20,000 nt of DNA from the NCBI GenBank assembly GCA_013239625.1, contig MU054001.1, positions 5,173,767-5,193,766 of the forward strand, written 5' to 3'. The notes under the pieces are model-generated. The model was given only the letters and a program-made list of their open reading frames with translations. It did not search any database and was not told where the DNA came from. Position numbers and translations under genes: made by a program. This DNA is from Lama guanicoe. Lineage: Eukaryota. Positions 11,350-20,000 of the stretch are shown piece after piece (within the stretch, counting starts at the first letter, position 1; every line of letters begins with the position of its first letter).

Positions 11350-11772
11350 TGATCTTAATCCAGGCAGGTGAATCGTTGTAATAAACAATCTTAAAATCTC
11401 AGGGGCCTAACACAGTAGGATTTTATTTCTCAATCATATAATGCCCTGTGGGTATTTGGTTGATGACCTTTTATGAAGTCACCAGGGACACAGAATCCTT
11501 CTGCCTTATAGCTTTATTGTCCTCTGTGGTCCTGGATTGCCCTGCTGCATCCTCTAAATTCAGCTAGAAGACAGGAGAAGAGAGAGAAGCTTGCACATGG
11601 AATGGTTTTTACGGACCAGGACCGGAAGTAGCCAATTTCCATTTGTGCACATCTCATTGGCCAGAACTCAGTCACATGGCCACACATAACTGCCAAGGAG
11701 GTGGGGAAATGTAACCTAGCTGTGTTCCCAGATGGAAATGAGCTCTGTTTAACAAATAAAAGTCATTATCAC
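11350..11772 (-). mobile_element. ERVL-MaLR solo LTR, MLT1I/J-like
   Basis: aaaatctcaggggcctaacaca..tttatttctc..cattggccagaactcagtcacatggccaca..aactgc..gggaaatgtaacctagctgtg. Confidence 0.82.
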
Positions 11773-11779
11773 AATTATA

Positions 11780-13675
11780 AGATAACCAGCCATGATGAGG
11801 GACAGATGTACAAGTACCCAGAACCCTCACATCATCATAACTATTGCACTGCTAAGGCACCACTCTCTCAGCTCATACCTATGGCCACGTGGGAGTTCTT
11901 TATGACCAGCTGATGGGAGAAGAAAAGGCTGAGCTTGGCTCATGGATGCACTCACTTGGTATGTCAGGGTGAGAAAAAATGGGCTTCTGCTAAATGGCGG
12001 CCCCAACAAGAGGGGTTCATGTAAAATAGAAATGAGAAGGAAAGCCTCCCAGTTGGTAGAATATTGGACATTGTGCTGGATTATTCACTTTGAGTGAAAA
12101 GAAAAGGGGTGCGAGTTGAGAATGCATATATGTGGACTCCTGGACAAAGGGCTGGGTCAGGGGTCTAGGAGAAAAATGGAAAGATCAGGGTCAAGTTGGC
12201 TGGGGGAAGAGGCATGTGATGCATGCAGATATGAAGTGTCAGGTTTTTGTTGCTCATTAGAGAGACCCATCATGGACAAGCTACTAAGCAGCCAACTAAA
12301 CAGAAAGACTTGTCCTCAACAAGTGACATCACTTAGCCTCTGCCGTAAGTGGGCACACAGGTGGAGTAGCCACAATGGCAGGAACTGAGGCTAAGCATGC
12401 GCCCAACAGCCTGGGCTCGCATTGACCAACACTGATCTAATTATTACCACTGCCAAATGTCAACCTGGTAGCAATTAAGACCAAGAATGAGTCCCCAGTA
12501 CGGCACCATCCCTTGTGGGAACCAGTCATTAAACAGCGGGAAGTTGATTATGTTGGACCTCTTCTACCCAGGAGCAGTGATTTGCCTTGGCTGGAATTCA
12601 CACATATTATGGGTAGAAGTCTGCTTTTACTGCTCTCAAGACCTTGAGCATTACCTCTACCTGAAGCTGAGTACCTAATTCTTTGATGTGGGATCCCACA
12701 TTATACTGCCCCAGAATAAGGGCCTGCTTTACAGCAAAAGAGGTATTGGAATGAGCCCATGGCCATAAGATCTTCTGGTCCTATCAAAACTGCATCCATC
12801 AGAAAGCTTTGGGAAGGCCTTTTCAAAGTACACCTAAGACACCAGTTTGATGATGATACCCTAGGAGAATGGAGGCATTGTCCGCAGATCACAGTAGATA
12901 CCTGAATCAATGGTTATTATTATATGATGTTATGTTTCCAATAGGTGGAATTCATGGATCTGGGAACTAATGGGTGAAAGCAGGAGTGGTCCTACTTACC
13001 ATGGTTGCCAGTGGTCCTACTGGAGGAATTTGTATTCCTGTCCCTGTAACTCTGCATTCTATGGAGTTAGAGGTCCTCGCTCTGAGAAAGGGAATGAATG
13101 CTTCCACTAGATGACACAGTGGGAGGCTCGTTCAATTTTAAGGTATGAGTGCTGCTTAGTTACTTCGGATTCCTCAAGCCAAGAGACAAGCAGTCACATA
13201 GTGGAGGCCATTCTAGCAGAGATATTGACCCTGATCACCTGGTGGAGGTCAGGCTGATATTACAAATGGCAGCAGAAAAGAATTTGTAAGGCATCCAGGT
13301 GATCTATTGAAGTGTCTTTTGGTACTTCCTTTCCTAGTTTTGATGGTAAGTGAAGAACTAAAGCATCCTCAACCTGGTTAGGGTATGGGACCCCTCGGGA
13401 ATGAGGGTCTGGGTCACCTATCAGGTAAGCCACCAGACCAGCAGATGCGCTAATCCAAGGATGAGGGGAATCTGGAATGGGCAGAGAAGGCAGGCAGTGA
13501 GTATCAGCTGTGCCTCGAGACCAGCTCCGGTGGCAGGATCTTTAGTTCTCCCACTAAACCTTCCTGCGGTGATTTTCCCCAGCAAAGCAGACCAATCAGA
13601 ATCTTGGAGAAACTGTCCTAAGAACTTGTTACATAAAGGAATGTAGATCTAAACAATGCAATGGTCTTTGGATAA
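11780..13675 (+). mobile_element. ERV-L (HERV16/ERVL-type) internal region: decayed RNase H, integrase and dUTPase
   Basis: Frameshifted peptides PMATW/VLYDQLMGEEKA/AWLMD (11878-11947), VDSW (~12132), WAHRWSSHNGR, SPQYGTIP, EVDYVGPL (12540), GIPHYTAPE*G/FTAKEVLE*AHGHKIFWSY (12690), IHGSGN, SYFGFLKPRDKQ and IDPDHLVEVRLIL (13158-13262), in ERV-L pol-dut order. Confidence 0.9.
13030..13295 (+). pseudogene. Retroviral dUTPase relic of ERV-L
   Basis: dUTPase motif 3-like IDPDH..EV.L.L at 13224 and upstream FGFL.PR; position 3' of integrase is characteristic of ERV-L; stops and frameshifts present. Confidence 0.75.
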
Positions 13676-13677
13676 TG

Positions 13678-14079
13678 GTTTTTTGGGTTTTGTGGTGCAC
13701 CACCCGGATTTCCCCCTCAGGACTGGGGCACTCATTCTCCAGCTGCTGGAAGTTTGGGAGGCTGATGACATCAGCTGAGTCCCTCTGCAGGCACTGTCCT
13801 CACCCAATACCACACACCGTCTGGAGAAGGGATGTGCAGCCTACATCCAATGACTTCCTGATCGGGCTGTAATAGCCTAGCCCCCTTACCTTGAGACAAG
13901 ATGACTCTGGAGAGCCAACTCAGCTCCAAAGCTCTGCAGAGCAATTCAACTTCATCCTCTGCCAGTTCCTGCTGCCTTCACTCCCCAGCAGGTGTTGATC
14001 TTTGTGGGCACTCCCCAGTCAACTTCCTGCGTGCACATCTCTGTCTCAGTCTGTTTGTCAGGGAACCAAACCTAAGATA
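13678..14079 (+). mobile_element. ERVL LTR, LTR16A-like (3' LTR of the provirus)
   Basis: tgtggtgc..ctcaggactggggcactcattc..cagctgagtccctct..acatccaatgact..caggtgttgatc..gggaaccaaacctaagata; same strand as and contiguous with the internal region. Confidence 0.88.
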
Positions 14080-14799
14080 CCCTGAGTCTCAGCTAGTTCT
14101 GTAACATCCACTGTGTAAGTCAGGCAGTGGGAGTAACATCAGTGGGGAGACTGATGATATTCTCCCTTCACCATTGTGAACGCCCCTTCTGTTTTCTCTT
14201 TGATCTCAGAACATCTCGTGGTACTCCACCCATCATCCCAGAAAATTCAGGCATTCCTGAACATCTTGCCATCAAGAGTATCTCTTGGCTCCCTCCCCTC
14301 AGGTCTAATATCAGTTGAATGGAATAGCAGAAGATTCCATAAACCTTACACATCAGCTGGGTGAAGATGAAAGGCAAACAGCTAAGGAAACAAAAAACAA
14401 TGAATTGTGTGTTATCATTCAGAGAGATATCATCTAAGAGAGTTTAGGAACCTTTCTGTTCATGGGGCATGGAAACCATTTGCTTTCCACAGTGATTCTT
14501 GGTGAATTTTTAAAGTTGGGAAGGGCTGAATAAACACAACAGATCAGCACAATAGTCCCTTTCGGATCCCAGCTGTTAGCAATTGCCCCGGGTTCTATGT
14601 TGGTGTAGTCCGGGGGAGCAGTGGTGTAAAGTTCTTGTGTGTACTTCTCCCTGTGAAGTCCAGGGGCTTGGTTATGGAGTCAGCCTTCCTTTCCAGAAGA
14701 AATGATGTCAGGTCCTATGTGGTACTGTAGGATCACTTGCAGTGTAATCAGGCAGGCAAGTACCCACATCTTCATTTTATCTTTTTTTCTCATTTAAAT

Positions 14800-15010
14800 T
14801 TTCAACAGGAAGGAAAAGGTATTGTCTCATGGAAATGAAAAGTCTAGAGCACTGGGCTGTGGCCAAGGCTAGATCCAGGTGCTCAAGTCATGAGGCGTTC
14901 CCCTCTATTCCTCTCTTGGCTTTGCTTTGCTCTGTGCTGGCTTCATTCCCATGCAGGCTTTCCACATGGAGGCAAAGATGGCCTCCAGCAACCCCTAGTT
15001 GGCATAGTCC
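14800..15010 (-). mobile_element. MaLR LTR fragment, MLT1J/K/L-like
   Basis: gaaaagtctag..ggctagatccaggtgctcaa..ctctgtgctggcttcattc..gcaggct..ggcaaagatggcc. Confidence 0.75.
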
Positions 15011-16131
15011 AAGGTGCCCGCAACCGTCCATTGTCTCCTGTTGTTTCATCCACCTTCCTGGTTTACCTCGACCTCATGTCATAACCTCAAGGCTCTCAGC
15101 CTGGGTCATGCAGGTCTCTGGGTCTTCTTTGGTTGACATGTTTTAAGTTGAATACATGAACAATTAATGATTCTGATTCTTCCTGGCAGGAGAAATTCTG
15201 TCTTGTTCTTTAACTGTGTTTGCTCAATGCAGGGAGAAATCTCTTCTCCTATGGCATTATTTGAAGTGGGAATGGAAGGCAGCTGGGTGGATTTTGAAGA
15301 TTTGAAGCAGGAGATGGTATTATATGGGGGCTGCCCTGGTCTTTGCTCTTCCAATTGTGTGCCCTTTCCTACGCAAAAGCGCTCATTGTCCGTTGGCTGG
15401 CAGATCGATGGGTGACATTGTGGAGGGATTGGTATTTGTTTAAGAGAAATCTCCCCGACTGACCCAATTCCTGTAATGCATTAAAAAAATGACAGAAGTA
15501 ATATTTTTGTTCTTGTTTCACTTTCATTCATCTTATTTGATCAGGGCTGAGCCAAACTGACATCTCATCAAACTCCAAAGTGTGTTTCAGCACCAGGTTC
15601 ATCAGAGGGTGGCATTTAAAACACAGACATTGCAGGAACAAATGTATTTGCCAATCCCGTCCAGCAGTGTAAACCTGACCTTTCTCCTGTAGATTTATTG
15701 ACACGGGCCTGTTTTGTATCATATTTCATTATTGTGCATGGAAGGATTGAAAGTTCTTCTCTTGGAAAACAACTCAGTTGGGGCCAGAGTGGCCAATACA
15801 CCTTCCCTTCATAGTGAGAAAGGGAATTAGGAAGTCAGGTACTGGCAGGATTAGCACAATTCCTCAGAGCGCCTTTAATTAAAAAGCACGTGAAACAAGC
15901 ACAATGGGCCTGGAATAAATTTCCTTTTGGCCAGTGGCTAAAACAGAGGAATTACATCCAAGGTTTACTTGTTGTGGGGCACACAACAGGTTCCTTGTGC
16001 CTGGGCAACCCCTGGGAAGTAGCCCCCGCTCGATGCAGAAATGCACCTTGGATGCGCACTTACTCAGTCTCCTCTGATACGCCCAAGTGTTACAAACCTA
16101 CTTCTTCATCAGGCCAATAGCTGTAGAAATG

Positions 16132-16865
16132 ATCCACGCATGCATTCGTATGACAAAGCCCCTGAATCCAGATACGCTTCTAGGCACTCGGGATACTGCA
16201 GCGAACAAAAGAAGCTAGACCCCTATTTTTAAGGTGTTTCAGGCAGTGCATTCAGCAGGGGTGTTTCAATCTTATGAAGGAAGATAGTTCATAGGTTAAT
16301 AAAAAAACATATAAATGAGATAATTGTAGAGAGAGAGGCGTGTCTATTATCCTGTATAACAAGGAAAGGTAACAGAGAACACCTGTGTGGACAAGGGGTG
16401 ATGGGTGCTACTTAGTACCAATTGTTCAGGGAAACCCTTCTGAGATAAAGAATGGATTATCTGAGCTGATATATGATTAATGAGATGGAACTAGTGACAG
16501 GGAGCTGGACCAGAGACTTGCAGGTAGAGCATATCGAAAGTGCGAAGGCCCTGAGGTGGAAATGGTTTGGCAGAAACAGAAAAATCTAGTATGGAGTGAG
16601 CTTGGAGCTGCAGGAGTGAGGAAGAGCAGGCTCTGGGATGAGCCCAAGAGCCGAGCAGAGAGTGACCAGGTAAGCACACCTTAGGAGATTTAACGGATCA
16701 CGGTGGGGAGCTATTGGAGGTTGTGAAGGAGAGGGGCGACAGCAGTCGAGTGAGACTTTGAAGGGTTACTCTGATTGTAGGGTGGGGAACAGGGAGGTAA
16801 TGATAGAAACAGCTGGGTAGCTGTTGAACTGGTTCTAGCAAGAGGGGGTAGTGACTTGACCCCAC
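16132..16865 (-). mobile_element. L2 LINE 3' region (~730 bp)
   Basis: ttctaggcactcgggatactgcagcgaacaaaa..tcagggaaacccttctgag..aagtgcgaaggccctgaggtggaa..ggggagctattggagg..gtagtgacttgac. Confidence 0.82.
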
Positions 16866-17199
16866 TTGGTCAACTGAGCCAAAATCTGTGTGTGTCAATA
16901 AGGTCTTCCCTCTACCACCCCCACCACCAGCCACGGAGGCAGAGAGACTGCAGCTCTTACCCACCCACTCAGGCACTTGGTGACAGTGTTTACAACTCCC
17001 CATTACCTTCTCTTCTCTGCACAAAGAAATCCCATTTCTTCCAACTCTTCTCCATGTGACAGGATTTCAATTCTCCCTCATCAGCCTTATCACTCTTTGC
17101 TGGGTCTGTTCCATTTTGTTCATGTCTCTCATTAAACATAGGGCCCAGCATGGGGCAAAATATGCGATTCACGGAGTATCATTTGGCATCCAACCTCTG

Positions 17200-17697
17200 C
17201 CTGAGGGAAAGTGCCCTTCCCCCAACTCTAAGCCCATGTGCTTCTGTGTCATGGGTTCTACTCCCGGCTGAGATGCAGAACCCTGCACCACCGGGGTTTA
17301 AGCCAGTCGGTGCGCCCCATCTCTCCCCCATGATTGGTCTGGATGTGGTTACCCGAACCAGTCTGCATGTGATGCAAAGGGGCTCTGGCTGGGAATGCTG
17401 GGCTAAGATCCTCGTTCTTTACCACCAAATTCAGCTGGAAGTATGTAGTCTTGAGAGTTTCCAGCAGTCAGCTAAAACCGCAGAGGGAGAGTTTGCCTGA
17501 GAATAGACCCCTTTTCCATTAAGCAGAGCTGAGAAAAGAGGACGGGGTGGAGAATGAGAGACTAAGGACTGGTATTTGCACCCTGGTCAAGCAGTGTCTA
17601 AGGTCTAATGAATCAATACATTTTTTTCTTTTCCTGCTTCAGCCAGTTGGGCCAGTTTTTCTTACACTTGCTATCAAAGGAATCCTAACTGACAGAC
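17200..17697 (+). mobile_element. MaLR LTR, MLT1K/L-like (degraded)
   Basis: ggtttaagccagtc..tgattggtc..tgcctgagaat..gcagagctgaga..cttcagccagttg..cacttgctatcaaaggaatcctaactgac terminus. Confidence 0.7.
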
Positions 17698-18496
17698 AGT
17701 CAGAGAACAGTGGGGCCATGACCTCCCTTGAACAGGTCACTCTACTCCATTCGATGCAGCCTAAAATTGTCACCTCTGTCAGCAGCCATATTGCCCTGTA
17801 CTGTCCTGGCAATGTCTATTGTTTGAGCTGGTAGCCAGTGAGAGCTTACGCCTTCCTGTTCAGCAATTTCCTTCCCAATTTCTCTCTGAGACACCTCGGA
17901 GGGTTTATGTAAAGCCCTTTTATGAATTTAGTATTTATTAGGCCTCCCTCTTGCACTTGACATGTATCCATTTTTGCCTGAGATGCAAACTCCTGAGAAC
18001 CCGATATTATGACCCATTTGGGGGAAAACAGCAAAGAGAACCAATAAAACCTAACAAAGCTGAGTCTAATCATTGCCAAAAACACCCATTTGGCTGGCTA
18101 ATGGGTCAAGGGGGAGGGGACTGAGATAGCTCAGTGCTTTTGTCTTTCATCGTAGTTCCGGTGATGCTTGGGAAGCCCCCCATTATGCTACACAGCAGAG
18201 CCATTCATAAGGGGCCCCTGAGAGCCATGTCTGTGTTGTGGCTTTTGCAGCTTAACTGGCTGAATTCGGAGCACTTGGCGGCGCAGGAATGGACCAACTG
18301 CCTCGAGGCAAGTGGGAGCCTGCAAGCCCAGCCCTCTACTCTGCTGACAATGTGAGGCATCATTAAAAGAACAGGAAAACATTCCACTCTTCGACCCTAG
18401 ACAGGACTTAGGAGACAGACAGGGATGGTGCCAATAACCAGCATACAGCATCCCAGACTGAGAGCCAGGAGGACTGTTTGGGGGCTGCTAGTTCTG

Positions 18497-18602
18497 TTGA
18501 GGAAACTGAGGCTTAGAGAAGGGCAGAAATTTCCTCAAAGGGAACCCAGAGAGTTAGTGGCTGAGGGATCCTAGATTAGAGCCAAGGTCTACTGCTACTT
18601 AA
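18497..18602 (-). mobile_element. MIR fragment
   Basis: tgaggaaactgaggcttagagaagggcag..gttagtggc..attagagccaaggtct. Confidence 0.7.
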
Positions 18603-18859
18603 GCCACTGGGGAAGCAGAGTGGTTAAAAGTAGCTGCAGACACAGCAACTCACCATACAGGACCTCTGATCTACTCTTTGCTTTCCTCAGGCAGGGGAGC
18701 TGGGCCACCCTGTGGATGGGGAGCCTCTGACAGTCACACAGTGGGCCCTGGAGACAAAAATCCCAGAGCTAAGATGAGGAGAGCATTGTGGCTTCTGGCT
18801 CAGGAGGCAGGAAAGCAGCCTTCTAATCCTGACATCATCAGAGCAGATCACACCACCTC

Positions 18860-18909
18860 CAAACCTCACTTTATCCATCTGCAAAGTGTGTATAAATAAT
18901 AGCTAACTC
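18860..18909 (+). mobile_element. MIR core fragment truncated by the L1 insertion
   Basis: cctcactttatccatctgcaaagtg..aataatagcta resembles cctcagtttcctcatctgtaaaatggggataatagta. Confidence 0.5.
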
Positions 18910-19311
18910 TTTTTTTTTTCAGTTGGTTACAAGTTCTTTATTGAATACATGATTTGCAAATATTTTCCTCCAATCTATGACTTATCTGTTTTTTAACATT
19001 TTTTATTGATTTATAATCATTTTACAATGTTGTGTCAAATTCCAGTGTTCAGCACAATTTTTCAATCATTCATGAACATATACACTCTCATTGTCACATT
19101 CATTTCTCTGTGATTTATCATAACATTTTGTGTATATTTCCCTGTGCTATACAGTGTAATCTTGTTTATCTATTCTACAATTTTGAAATCCCAGTCTATC
19201 CCTTCCCACCCTCTACCCCCCTGGTAACCACAAGTCTGTATTCTCTGTCCATGAGTCTATTTCTGTCCTGTATTTATGCTTTGTTTTTGTTTGTTTGTTT
19301 GTTTTTGTTTT

Positions 19312-20000
19312 TTAGATTTCACATATGAGATCGCTCATATGGTATTTTTCTTTCTCTTTGTGGCTTACTTCACTTAGAATGACATTCTCCAGGAGCATCC
19401 ATGTTGCTGCAAATGGCATTATGTTGTCGGTTTTTATGGCTGAGTAGTATTCCATTGTATAAATATACCACCTCTTCTTTATCCAGTCACATGTTGATGG
19501 ACATTTAGGCTGTTTCCATGTTTTGGCTATTGTAAATATTGCCAAAATATGGTAAATATTGTAAATATTGCTATGAACATTGGAGTGCAGGTGTCATCCT
19601 GAAGTAGATTTTCTTCTGGGTACAAGCCCAGGAGTGGGATTCCTAGGTCATATGGTAAGTCTATTCCTAGTCTTTTGAGGAATCTCCACACTGTTTTCCA
19701 TAGTGGCTGCACCAAACTGCNNNNNNNNNNNNNNNNNNNNNNNNNNNNNNNNNNNNNNNNNNNNNNNNNNNNNNNNNNNNNNNNNNNNNNNNNNNNNNNN
19801 NNNNNNNNNNNNNNNNNNNNNNNNNNNNNNNNNNNNNNNNNNNNNNNNNNNNNNNNNNNNNNNNNNNNNNNNNNTTGATCATTTTTTCCTTGGAGAATTG
19901 ATTGTTTAGGTCTTCTGCCCATTTTTGGATTGGGTTGTTTATTTTTTTCTTATTGAGTCGTATGAGCTGCTTATATATTTTGGAGATCAAGCCTTGCCTT
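19312..20000 (-). pseudogene. L1 ORF2p C-terminal segment, frameshifted at ~19541-19570
   Basis: Recognisable ORF2 peptides split across reading frames in the ORF track (19312..19545 versus 19527..19922). Confidence 0.9.
19721..19875. other. Assembly gap (155 N) inside the L1
   Basis: Run of N; L1 ORF2 sequence is collinear on both sides. Confidence 1.

Larger units (their letters stand above)
18989..20000 (-). mobile_element. Comparatively young LINE-1: 3' UTR and ORF2 C-terminus, continues beyond the window
   Basis: ORF2 peptides [75 protein letters not shown]; stop at 19312; AATAAA (minus) at 19002-19007. Confidence 0.97.

Noticed and set aside
13104..13117. CTCF-like CCACTAGATGACAC
   Set aside because: Mismatch in the GGC core and it lies in decayed ERV coding sequence; unsupported without ChIP data.
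14450..14670. Minus-strand open stretch (..REKYTQELYTTAPPDYTNIEPGAIANSWDPKG..)
   Set aside because: No start codon, no convincing splice sites and no protein family I recognise.
15586..15606. REST/RE1-like TTCAGCACC
   Set aside because: Left half-site only; the GGACAG half is absent.
1..19000. Dozens of 60-137 aa ORFs in the supplied track
   Set aside because: They overlap repeats or lack recognisable homology, and lengths are as expected by chance. Only the ERV-L and L1 ORF2 fragments are meaningful.
2942..20000. All four young insertions (two L1, two SINE) are on the minus strand, hinting at a + strand host gene
   Set aside because: Sample too small, and most LTRs are on +, which points the other way.
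1..20000. CRISPR arrays, operons or other prokaryotic systems
   Set aside because: Sequence is clearly mammalian; no spaced direct-repeat array or gene-dense organisation.

Overview
Repeat-rich, non-coding mammalian genomic DNA (intergenic or deep intronic). It is very probably from a camelid (alpaca/llama/camel), because it carries two tRNA-derived SINEs of the camelid-specific Vic-1 type. I find no intact protein-coding gene, RNA gene or prokaryote-type system. The ORF track is almost all noise; the exceptions are decayed ERV-L pol/dUTPase peptides (~11.8-13.6 kb, +) and the C-terminus of LINE-1 ORF2 (19.3-20 kb, -). Much of the window is a layered fossil record: L2 and MIR, MaLR (MLT1) and ERVL (LTR33, LTR16A) LTRs, a 3' half-provirus of HERV16/ERV-L type, and younger L1 and Vic-1 insertions, several with readable target-site duplications (TSDs). 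The most interesting observations are mechanistic: a probable L1 3' transduction (18910-18988) and a fold-back templated insertion frameshifting L1 ORF2 (19516-19570). There are also a few repeat-free, motif-dense blocks that may be enhancers and two candidate cryptic exons. I cannot support a claim of a new biological system. Repeat family names come from recalled consensus sequences, not a database search, and boundaries of old elements are approximate.
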